Assembly (NCBI GenBank): GCA_012295275.1
Contig: CM022672.1
Location: 22,630,001 to 22,694,000, forward strand
DNA length: 64,000 nucleotides
Direction of reading: 5' to 3'
From: Chrysomallon squamiferum
Lineage: Eukaryota > Animalia > Mollusca
The translations under genes and the position numbers were made by a program. Of the stretch, positions 13,122-24,168 are shown one piece after another; positions within the stretch are counted from its first letter, which is position 1, and each line of letters opens with the position of its first letter. Below the pieces are notes generated by a model. That model worked only from the letters and a program-made list of their open reading frames with translations. It ran no database searches and was not told the origin of the DNA.

Positions 13122-13439
13122 GACACACATATTTTTTCTTACCTTCTTTGATTTTGAGGAAAAAATAAATAATTAATTAAAATATACTCGGCTGTTTCGA
13201 TATGCGTAGATTGATTGACGATGATTCAGATTAACATCGCGTTTTGGAAACATTAAAAATAATAAATAAATAAAATACCCAATAAAAAACTCAAACAAAC
13301 AACCCGAAAACTGAATTAAAAATAACGAAAATCCAGACAAATTGTTTGGCTTAATGCAGTGGTTTGTAGTAGTAATAATTTATCTTGTTCATCTCTAGAC
13401 CAGGACATCGTTAATCATTTTGTTAGTGTAGGATATGTA

Positions 13440-13511
13440 GCCGTGATCGTATAGTGGTTAGTACTTCGCGTTGTGGCCGCGACAACCCAGGTTCGAATCC
13501 TGGTCACGGCA
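13440..13511 (+). tRNA. tRNA-His(GUG), copy 13
   Basis: Exact consensus; T run downstream. Confidence 0.97.
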
Positions 13512-14119
13512 GTCCTAGTTATTATTTTTTTATATATATATATATATTTTCCTTTGGTATGTTGTAGGTTATTGTTGCAGGGTCTGCTTGTTGAATGTCT
13601 TTTTTATCGTTCTCCCGCCCACTGCATCGTGCTTTATCATGTTACAAAGTAGCTGTGTGGTGAGTGTTACCTCAGAATAACCGTCACAATATTTCATAAC
13701 AGGGGAGAGAAATTATGATCCATGACTACATTACAGAGTGGGCTTAATATTTATGATGAATTTATCATCCTTTGAGTGTTGCAGCACTCACCTAGCACAG
13801 GTATTTATATAAATACTTTCCATTGACTTGTTGTAGGTGATCGTCGCAGAGTCTGCTGTCATTTCAGTTTTAACACGATTTATGGTCATCAGCATTAGAA
13901 CTTGTCGTTACACAAACTTTCAATATGTTTGTAATAAAAAATGATGCAATGGACTCAGTTATTATTTTTCTTTATCATTTTATCATCATTATTATCAGAA
14001 TGTTCTGGTAGGTCATTCTTCTGCAGCTTGTTTGTCTTTATGCAGCGAAATGTCAATAATTTATCTAGTTCATCTCTAGACCAGGCCAACGTAAATGATT
14101 TGTTAACATGGGATATTTG

Positions 14120-14191
14120 GCCGTGATCGTATAGTGGTTAGTACTTCGCGTTGTGGCCGCGACAACCCAGGTTCGAATCCTGGTCACGGCA
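14120..14191 (+). tRNA. tRNA-His(GUG), copy 14
   Basis: Exact consensus; T4 downstream. Confidence 0.96.
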
Positions 14192-14914
14192 ATCCTGATA
14201 CTTTTCGTTCTTATTTTACTTTTCTTTTCTTCATCATTATGCTGATGAAACGTCGCTCTTATTTGTGTTGCTGTCTCGTTCACCGTCAGGCGCCGTATCA
14301 TGTCTCAAAGTAACTATGGGTGAAATTGTTTTCTAAGAATAGCTGTTACAATATTTCGTAAGAAGGGACAGAAGAACTATGATGAATTTACCATCTTGGG
14401 ACGGATGCAGCGATCATCTAGCACGATGAACATACGGCTCTAATTCCCACCCAGATTTAAGAAGTAACAACAAATAATAACATTTATTTAAAGTTAACCT
14501 TTTTTTTTTCTTCTTCTTCTAGTTTACATAGTTGCCAAAATACTGAACAAATCATTCATCTTTAGGAGAAAAAAATGAACATTATTAAGTTTGTTGAACC
14601 AACATGCTGACTGTTTTGGTTGATATCATTAGAATTTAAAAGACTGCATGTAGGCTTGGTTAAAAATAATGCAAACGGTTAAGTAATAATAATTATTATT
14701 ATTATCATCGTCATCATCATCATAATTGTTATACGAATGTTTACTAATACAGTTTTGAATTTTTCCTTTCTTTTAGAAACAATTGGCGCTCGCAAATTAA
14801 AACAATAATTATTTGGCTTGATGCAATAGTCTGTAATAGTAATAATTCATAAAGTTCATCTGTAGATCTCTAAACCAGGACATCGTTAATCATTTTGTTA
14901 GTGTAGGATATGTA

Positions 14915-14986
14915 GCCGTGATCGTATAGTGGTTAGTACTTCGCGTTGTGGCCGCGACAACCCAGGTTCGAGTCCTGGTCACGGCA
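14915..14986 (+). tRNA. tRNA-His(GUG), copy 15 (T-loop variant ggttcgagtcc)
   Basis: One substitution still compatible with the GTTCRANNC B box; T run downstream. Confidence 0.94.
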
Positions 14987-15403
14987 ATCCTAATTATTTT
15001 TTATTTAAAAAAAAAATTTCAGTGGTCTCTTTGTTGGTTATTGTCGCAGAGTCTGCTGGTGGAATGTCTCTGTTATTTATTTTATTTTATTATTATTGTT
15101 CTCGCTCTACTACACCCCGCCCTATAATGTTAAAAAGTAAACGAGGGGAGGGGAATGAAAGTGTATTATCCGAATATGTCACAATATTTCATAACGGGAG
15201 AGAAATATTAGCTGAAAATGTTCACACTAAATAAATAAAATTGAATAAATTACGAAAAATGAATTAAAAATTTCATTTCGTGCGGTTATATCGTCAGTTT
15301 CATCATGATTTACGGTCATCATCATTAGAGCTTATCACACTACAACATCAACAACAACGATAATTGCAAAAAAGATAGAAAAATAAATAAATCAAATAAA
15401 TAA

Positions 15404-15463
<60 letters not shown>

Positions 15464-15483
15464 TAGTAGTAGTAGTAGTAGTA

Positions 15484-15518
<35 letters not shown>

Positions 15519-15779
15519 TAGGATAGCAAATAGATGAACTTTTGAAAGACAGTTGCAAAATTTTCTGGATCAGAATATATTTAATAAAAACGCCTGACGG
15601 ATAAATTTATTAAAACAAACCTCAACAAAATACATTCTGCCTTTCTCTGATTGTATAGTATACATAGCTCGAAATGGGAGATTTTCTGGTTTAGTAATGA
15701 AACTGAAACATTCATTGAATCATTAATATTTAGATGGTTGAAGACATGCTCATGATAAGCTATCAAATGGGCGATGAAA

Positions 15780-15993
15780 TCGTCGAAAAAAACCTGCGAA
15801 TGTTCAGCCAAGCGACACAAAACCTCAAATCGCCTCTCCCGCCATTTTACGTCAGATAACAAACGCTGCGAATAACCGAGTTGGCCAGGCAGAATTTCGG
15901 CTTAGGATTGAAGTAACAGACAATACAATTCTACAGGAAAGGTCTTAAACACAAATTATTAATCAGTCTGGCATAGCGAAACTGCGCAAGGTG
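15780..15993 (+). promoter_or_regulatory. CpG-enriched probable Pol II promoter / non-coding first exon of SWI5
   Basis: Local CpG enrichment; YY1-type cgccatttt (15840-15848) next to a CRE half-site acgtca; candidate donors aag|gtggta (15991) and gtg|gtaaaa (15994). The SWI5 ATG sits directly after an acceptor, so an upstream exon is expected. Confidence 0.45.
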
Positions 15994-16115
15994 GTAAAAT
16001 AAAAACATTTCTTTCAATTTGCTTTGGTTTAATTTGTACTTTTAGGAGGCCTATCACCGGTCACCAGTATCTAGACTACACTATAAAAAGCGTTTTCGTT
16101 CAGCGTTCGTTGGTA

Positions 16116-16187
16116 GCCGTGATCGTATAGTGGTTAGTACTTCGCGTTGTGGCCGCGACAACCCAGGTTCGAATCCTGGTCACGGCA
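16116..16187 (+). tRNA. tRNA-His(GUG), copy 16, unique flanks, upstream TATA
   Basis: Exact consensus; tataaaaa at 16082-16089 and TCTAGA at 16070; T runs downstream. Confidence 0.97.
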
Positions 16188-16597
16188 TATGAGCTTACTT
16201 TTTACTTTTTATTTATTTATTTATTATTATTATTATTTTTTTTAAAATATTTTTTGTTTATTATTTTTAAGAACTGAAATTTTTGTTGTTTTTAAATGTT
16301 TTGGTTTTATTATTGTTTTAAAATTACTTTATTATTATCATATAAAATTAAAATAAATATACTCACATTTATGCTTTTTTTCTCGCTTCCTTTCAACCCC
16401 CTAAATTTTAAATTAATGCAATATTTTATTTTCCCACGTGCAGTCAGTGTTTAGTATGAAATCGCTGTTAAAACTATTTCAATGAGTATTTTATCATTAT
16501 CAAATCGTAAATAAGTACACAAATACATAATATCTGATTAAATATACGTAGTTTGATAATTTTACCGTTTTCTGAGGACATGTTTTTAATTTTTCAG

Positions 16598-16870
16598 ATG
16601 TCGGATGAACGAGTGAATGACGAAGTCTCCAAACAGACAAATGAATTGGACCAGCTGAAAGAAAAATTAAAACTGTTAGATGAGGAAATAACCAAGCTTC
16701 AAAACGAGTAATAGTTATTTCCTTTTCATGTATCTTAACATCTTTCTCAGAATAAATCATATTCTTAATGCCATTACTACATTACTACTACTTCTAAATC
16801 TTTTATTTTTTAGTTGTTGTTATGCTTATAATAATAATAATAATAATAATAATTGTTGTTGTTTGTCTTA

Positions 16871-16924
<54 letters not shown>

Positions 16925-17080
16925 TATTAATTAATTAATTAATTAAATATTTTTTCTCTCAGAGGTTTTCACGAAGACGAACTACAGGAACACATTACGA
17001 AGTTACACGAATACAATGAAATTAAAGATGTCGGACAGATGGTATTAGGCAGAATAGGTACAATGTTCTTCTTTTTTTCC

Positions 17081-17111
<31 letters not shown>

Positions 17112-17130
17112 GACATAATAATCTCTTTCT

Positions 17131-17163
<33 letters not shown>

Positions 17164-17416
17164 TGTTACTAAATTAAGATACACCTTGATAAATTACTAA
17201 ATTATTAAAACAAACAAAATAATTCGGATATTCCGTTTTACCAATCCTCTCCCAATTTTTGTTTCTTAATCTTTATTATCATTACTAACAGTAATTTATT
17301 TATTATCTTTTATTTATCATCATCATCATCATTATTATTCTCCGATTTCAGCTGATGTTGAAGGAGTGACAACAAAAGACTTGTACAGTAGATATGGACT
17401 TAATCTGGAGGATTAA
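16598..17416 (+). CDS. SWI5: DNA repair protein SWI5 homolog (Swi5/Sae3 family, Sfr1 partner), 89 aa, exons 16598-16707, 16963-17057, 17352-17416
   Basis: Phase-consistent GT-AG splicing gives MSDERVNDEVSKQTNELDQLKEKLKLLDEEITKLQNE-GFHEDELQEHITKLHEYNEIKDVGQMVLGRI-ADVEGVTTKDLYSRYGLNLED*. HI..LHEYN.IKDVGQM..G..A...GVTTK.LY...GL...D is the Swi5 signature. AATAAA at 17514-17519. Confidence 0.95.
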
Positions 17417-18039
17417 ACAAAATGATATGTACTCAATTTCAGTGATCAAACAAAATAACGTATTCAGCTGGGATATATTAACAAAATGATTATGGACTTA
17501 TTCTGGACAGATGAATAAACAGAATAATTATGGATTCATTTAGATGATTTAAAAAAAAAGGTTTATTAGACATTACAGTTATTACCTTTGTTAATTTGTA
17601 TGTTACAGGGGAAATTTATTGTGATAATTTTTATGTTACAGGGGACATTTTTTGTGATTCATAGATAAAGTAAAATACTGTAATAACATAGTACAACCGA
17701 TTTTTTTTTTTACTGTTAATAAATATATATCTACAATGTATATGAAATAATACAGTGACTTGTTATTTTCATCTTGAAATATCAAAGGTGAAACAAATGC
17801 TGGATCATCAAAAATCAATGATTGAAATACATTTTCAGTTCCTGTTTAGTGTGCATCAATGCGTTTGTGCGTGTGCGTGTGCGCGCGTGTGTGTGTGTGT
17901 GTGTGCATGCCCACGCGTGCCTGCTTGGATACGTGAATAGTTTTATAGGTCTTGTGCAGGTCTATTTCGTCAAATATTTTATACTGACACGGAGAAAATC
18001 TAGGTAGAATTTTTATATACTGAAGTATCGATTTAAACA

Positions 18040-18109
<70 letters not shown>

Positions 18110-18152
18110 GCTGCTGCTACTACTGCTACTACTACTACTACTACTACTACTA

Positions 18153-18191
<39 letters not shown>

Positions 18192-18630
18192 CCACCGATA
18201 ATTACCTTTTGAACAGACGAATTATATACTTACGGGTTCAGTCTGAGGTATGACTTCCTAACCTAGTGTACCAAACTGGGCCATGATCATTTTACACATG
18301 AAAAATAATATTATTTAACTATGTTAACAATCCTCGGAGTTAGAAAACTATAGTTAACTGTTGTTCTTATTCGTGATTACTGGATTACTTATTTCGAATG
18401 TTATTGATTTAACAAGGAGTATTTTCATCACTAAAGTAACACGTGATAACGGGAAATCGATAACCATGCATTTTGTAAACAGATGTGCATCATCAACTTT
18501 TATTCGTTTGTTGTAAGGCTGTGTCCGCTGTATTTAGTGGGGCTTTATAATAAATGGTGAAATGGCGATATTTATTATTAGTTAAACATAAATTAGTTAT
18601 TTGAAACAATCTTTCTTAATTAAAATTGAA

Positions 18631-18691
18631 CTAGATCTCTAAACAGAATATCTTATTATTAAACTACGTTAGTGTAAAAATATGGCCACGG
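18631..18691 (+). pseudogene. Fossil tRNA-His array unit (upstream flank retained, tRNA body almost entirely deleted)
   Basis: ctagatctctaaacagaatatctta..gttagtgtaaaaatatggcc|acgg resembles the flank of copy 15 (tagatctctaaaccaggacatcgtta..gttagtgtaggatatgtagcc), followed by the fused tRNA ends gcc/cacgg. Confidence 0.5.
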
Positions 18692-18847
18692 AAATGGAAT
18701 AATCGAATGATAATCTCTTCGTAATTTTTTGAAGAAAATTGTTGAATTTAGTCATTTTATAATCTCTCTGAATCAAGTTTAGTCATTAATTAATCAGTTT
18801 ATTAATTTACTTAAATATTTTTGTCTGCCCTTTAGGTTTTTTCTTTT

Positions 18848-18879
<32 letters not shown>

Positions 18880-19389
18880 CATTAATAACGTAGTTAATCA
18901 GACCAACGATATAACGATAACAAAACGAAACGATACGAAACAAAACAAAACAAAACAAACGTGCCAGGTTTAGAAGTGTAAACTTTCATTTGGATCTACC
19001 TATGTCGAGCAGAATACTTATAATTATATACTTGAAAATACAAAAAATATTTACCTCTGTTCTTAAACCATGTTCCCATTTAGTAAACTTTCGTTTTTTC
19101 CTTACACCATACATACTGTTGCAGCTTTCTTGCAGTAGCAGCTAGTAATATTAATAATATAAATTACTTTATTTCAGACATGTGTTATGAGCCGATTAAA
19201 AACACACAGCTATTCAACTTCTGTTACTAGCTCTTCTCCATTTCTCTGTGAACTGACCTGCCTTTCACCTGGCAGTTTTTCATGATGAGATAAGTGGTCT
19301 CCGTGACATCAGTACTCGAGTTTGTGCGATAATAAATTCTTACTTAAACGTTAATAATGTGGGTTTTTTTTAACAGATGCCGGGAACGG

Positions 19390-19725
19390 ACAGTTAACAT
19401 GCCAGTTTTGATTTCTACATCATATACCTAGGATCACAGTTAATAGCCCAGTTTCGATTTCTACATCATATACCTAGGATCACAGTTAATAGCCAGTTTC
19501 CATTTATACGTCATATTTATAGTCAGTTTTTATTTGTACGTCATATACCTAGGATCCACAATAAATAGTCAGTTTTGATCTGTACGTCATGTATCGATGA
19601 TGGTAATCGATAGCCAGTGTTTTAACTGTGCATCACATATAGACGATGACAGTCGCTGTACGCGGTTTTGATCTGAACGTCTTACATCGATGATGACAGC
19701 TAACAGCCAGGTTTGATCTGTAACA
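19390..19725. repeat. Degenerate ~45-bp minisatellite, about 7-8 units
   Basis: Repeating gccagttttgatttctacatcatatacctaggatcacagttaata, increasingly diverged to the right. Confidence 0.8.
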
Positions 19726-20181
19726 AGTTATAACTAACAGTCTATTTTTTGATAGATGAAAGTGTAAACGGGTTAATAAAACGACCAAGTCTTTCCACTA
19801 CATCCTTAACAACGTTTCAGTTTGCTATCTGATACATTCTAAAGTTAAACTGTGTCAAAGGAATGTACTTTGGGCTTAATAACAGATAAAGCCCAGGGCG
19901 GCCATACATTTTTCCTTGTTATTTTTTGTCATAACTGATTGTTAATTTCAATATGACGCACATATATAGTATGAAACGACGCCCGCTTGCTATATATAAC
20001 TTAATTTTCTTTTTTTTTTTTTTTTTTTTTTTTTTTCCTTTAAGGTAACGGCTAACAGTTTTAGTTAGCTTATGACATAAATTCTTGCTAATGGTACAGA
20101 TATTTACACCATCTTGTTTGTAAAAAGGGGGGGGGGAAGTAAAAACTTTAATGAATCTATAGTAAAGAAAATTGTCCAGAT

Positions 20182-20183
<2 letters not shown>

Positions 20184-20250
<67 letters not shown>

Positions 20251-20254
20251 CACA

Positions 20255-20285
<31 letters not shown>
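20184..20285. repeat. (CT)n followed by (AAT)n microsatellite; one example of many in the window (also (TAG)n ~3645-3715, (AAT)n/(AGT)n ~15405-15518, (ATT)n ~18040-18190, (ATCT)n/(AT)n ~31078-31172, (GT)n/(GA)n ~58089-58195)
   Basis: Read directly from the sequence. Confidence 0.95.
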
Positions 20286-20287
<2 letters not shown>

Positions 20288-20563
20288 GCAAAAGCAGCAT
20301 AACAACAACATTAATAACAAAAAAATAAGATAAATTACAGTGATCCAAAAAAAAAAAAAAATCGTTATAGGATATGACTATCTCACTGATACAAATACAT
20401 AGTAAAAGTACCCAGTAAACAGTCACCAGCCTCATCTTGTCTACGATCATCATGTGCGTTCATTGAATGTGTAACATCACGAGGCAGAGTTTGCTTTGTC
20501 ACTGTGAAAGGCCTTTCGTCTGTGTAATTAAAAATAACTTTAAACCTTTGATATGTATTTATT

Positions 20564-20599
<36 letters not shown>

Positions 20600-21714
20600 T
20601 TACATTTAGACCTCCCATCAAGTTATTTTAGCTGTTTTCATGGCCGTAAATAGACGTTTTGAAATGAGGCAAAAACACTTCAGCGGAAAAGGCAAACCAT
20701 TTCGGTCGAGGGGTCTGGGGGCTAAATGACAACGTAACAGTGCATAAGGGCAAGAACCGGGCTAAGACTGATACGGGTGAAAAAGCTGCTGTGTGCCTCA
20801 AATCATCACGTGATCGATAAACCTGTTTGATGTCAGTTGTCTTTGAATCGCAACGATGTTGGTAGACTTCAAACGGTAACCGAAGATATGAAGTGGATAT
20901 CGTTTCTATCGGAATAGAGATTTATATTTTTTATTTTTAAAATAAAATCTTTGTTTTATATATATAATGAAATAAAATAAATATTGTCAATTTTAGTATG
21001 AGGCATTTGTCTCAGTGTAGTTGCGGAGATTATTTTGGGGAATCTATATGGTAAAACAAAAAATAAATTCAATACTGGTTTACGTTTGTAGTCTGACGTT
21101 ATCGCATATATCGTATTTTATTTATTATTATTTTATTTTTTCTGACATTACAAGGAACTAGAGCAAAATCTGTATGTCACGACATCAATTCAAAAATAAA
21201 ACATGAAATAATAAACAGGCGCCCCAAAATATTTTTAAATTACACGCTTGTTTTTGTTATACTTCGATATATATTAAAAAAAAAAAAAAAAAAAAATTAA
21301 AATCAACTTCCCGTACAAAATCCAGTATTACTGGGTAATACGAAGAATATATTTTGACGATTTCTTCTTAGCAACAGTATATGGTTTAATGATACGTAAA
21401 TGAATAAGTACACACAAGAAAGCTAATGTTAAAAATGTTTATTTTACAAATGAAACACGAGACAAAGTAACATGATTTGAATGAACACAAACAGAATATG
21501 GGGTGTGGGCTTACAACACTGGTGACATGGATCTAACATGGTTCATACTGTATGCTGTGTTCTGCCCAACATACAAGGAAGCTGAAGAAAGATGGAGTCC
21601 AATGAAAAGTATTTAAATTTTGTGCAACACTTTTTGATTTTATTTTTAAATCATAACTTCATTTTTCTTACAAGTCATGACAGCCTATGGAATTAAGAAA
21701 AAGGACCATGTCTC

Positions 21715-21749
<35 letters not shown>

Positions 21750-22643
21750 GAAATATTGTGGAAACAAAATTGATTATATGTCCACATTTTACTTCAGCAG
21801 GTGTCTGTGTGAGATATGCATTTAAGAAATTGACTTTGATTAAAAAAAACTCATTTTTTTTTTTAAATTTTGGAAAATGCTGCAAACAACAGGCTGCACA
21901 AAAAGTAATGAAAAAAGAAAGTGCATATCATTGATAATTTCAACGAATACTTACAGCTATTGCATGTTTTTATTTTATTTTTGTATAATGACTATAAAGT
22001 TATAAACACAATGACAAAAAGATGCAGTAAAACAGTCAGAATTCCTTTAGAATCAAATAAGTAGTAATATGTTTTTTCTAGTTTTTTAAAAATAATATCT
22101 TGTAAGATAAAAACTAGAGATATGAACCTACAAAACAGATTTATAAATATATATTTAAAAAAAAAAAAAGATTTAAAATAAAAAATATAAATTATGAGTA
22201 TATTTCAAAAATACAGATTGAAGATCACCTACAGAATTTTTCAACATACATGAATATATTTTAATAAAGTACAGTCAAAACATTAAAAAAATATAGCAAT
22301 TCAGTCTGTAGAGAAAGAATAAAAAATAAACACTTATGAAAGTGTTACTTAATTCCTAACTTCTAGAAAGAATCAGTCAATTCATAATTTTAAAAATTAA
22401 CATCTTAAAGACATATAAATTACAGAACTACTTAGTAAAAAAAGAAAACTGTGTAAAAAAAAATATTGCTTTCAAAAATATACTGAAACATTGATAGAAA
22501 GTATTGCTAATATCTAAGTGCTGCTGTCTGTATGTTGCTGCTGCCGATGATGATGATGGACATTTGTGGATTCTGGTCAAATCAGTATACCATGTCAAGA
22601 TGTGTGCCTCCTGCCATATTGCTTGTGGAGATTAATAAATAAA

Positions 22644-24134
22644 TTACTTCTTTGCAGTCTTCTTGGCTTTCCTTCCTGTTTTCTTTTTAACACCACCTAC
22701 AAAAAACAGCCAGAATGTTGCTTTATATATATCTATATATGCATATTTTTGTTTTTTAAGTTGAAAAGACAGCCAAATATTATATTAAAAACTGCTTATC
22801 ACAATTTTTGCCAGTTTCGGCAGAAGGCTGGAAAATGGAGTTTTATAAATTGCTTGTTTCATGTCATCTGTTTGCAATTCCCTGTGTCCATTTTAGGTAC
22901 TAAAGCTGTATTTGTAAATAAAGTTTATAATCTGCAGTTCAGCATAAACTTTTTAACCATGTCTGATCATGGGACATTTTCATTCTGCATCCTTTCACAC
23001 CAACTTTTCGGTGCAAGTCAATTTTGTTAAAAGTCAGTTTTGTAACATGTGAATTAAATGACAATCACCAATTCATCGCTTGACCAATTACAATATTTGT
23101 TTCAGAATACAATGTTCTATAAAAAAAAAAATAATATAGATCTAAATATTGCAGTGATTTGAATACATAATAGCAGAAGGGGGAGAAAATCATGGAGTAC
23201 TGGTCATAACAGTCACAGCATATTAAACTATCAGTAAATTGATTCCTGTAAGAGTAACTTCTTATTAAATATATCATGTATAAATGCTAACATTCATTGT
23301 TACTTAACAAGCTTGTGACAAAATGTTTAGTCATAAAATGGACTTCTAACATAGAATCATTTGGTAACAAGATGTCTATTGCAGAATGTTCTACAGAAGA
23401 AGGGATATATTTGCATTCAGCCTGTCCATCAAAGAGAATAAGCAAAAATGGTGGATTTATGTTCAGAGTAAAGGGAAATGAGAAAGATGCAACTATAGAG
23501 TAATCAAATTTTGATTTGTTGTTAGACACTGCATCTAAAGCAAATCATACTGTTGGGACCACCTTTGAATTCAGAAGCTGTCAGTGGTCCTTAACATACT
23601 GATAAAAAAGAATATATCATCTGAATATTCTTTTATTATCAGTTTAAAATGTTTTCAGAAGGGTTGTGATAAAATTATAATAAAGTCTTACTATAAAATA
23701 TAATCCAGCTATTAGCCACATCATTCAATAGTGGAATAAACAGAAATCTTAGAACAATATCTACATAATGTGAAAACATAGTGAATAGTTTGCATCGTAT
23801 TAATAAAAATAAAAATAAAAAAAAAAAAATGATGAACACCAATGATGTTAAAGAGTGGCATTATTAATTAATTAACATTTTTTTGATTTTAATAAAAATA
23901 CCAGCAACTAGATAAAACATTTGTTGCATGGAAACCAGCACAAAGTACCTACCCTTCTTTGGTCCCTTTTTTGCTACCTTTTTGGTTGTTTTTGCCTTTG
24001 CTGAAAAGATAAATTTAAAATATGTGAAAAAAACCCTGAATCTCTAGCAGTACAATTCATCTTAAACTGCCAGTTAACAATTTCCTTTAAAGATAATTTG
24101 CTTCAGTTGAAACTTTCCAGACTTTGAAATACAT

Positions 24135-24168
<34 letters not shown>

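Larger units (their letters stand above)
3381..16200 (+). repeat. Tandem array of tRNA-His genes with alternating A/B spacer units (dimer period ~1.3-1.9 kb)
   Basis: 16 recognisable tRNA copies plus a deleted copy. A-type spacer (..gagtgttacctcagaataaccgtcac..ctacattacagagtgggc..) follows copies at 6834, 8704, 10458, 12103 and 13440, with partial or diverged versions after 5264, 14120 and 14915. B-type spacer (..acacatacatttt..aaaactgaattaaa..) follows copies at 5823, 7753, 9648, 11329 and 13033. Confidence 0.92.

Noticed and set aside
6867-15234. ORFs beginning MAATTQV or MVSTSRCG, or containing AVTRIRTWVVAATTRS
   Set aside because: These are translations of the tRNA sequence on either strand running into AT-rich spacer.
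15581-15862. 93-aa minus-strand ORF next to SWI5
   Set aside because: Non-ATG start and no recognisable domain. The aaaATGGCG there opens only 6 codons and is better read as a YY1-type promoter motif.
3807-16187. CRISPR-like array or tRNA-derived SINE cluster
   Set aside because: The repeats are complete 72-nt tRNA-His genes with Pol III terminators, the spacers are homologous to each other, there are no cas genes, and there are no SINE tails or TSDs.
22566-23529. 154-aa plus-strand ORF and neighbouring 68-80-aa ORFs
   Set aside because: They lie antisense to, or within an intron of, the molluscidin-like gene, start at non-ATG codons, and show no homology cues.
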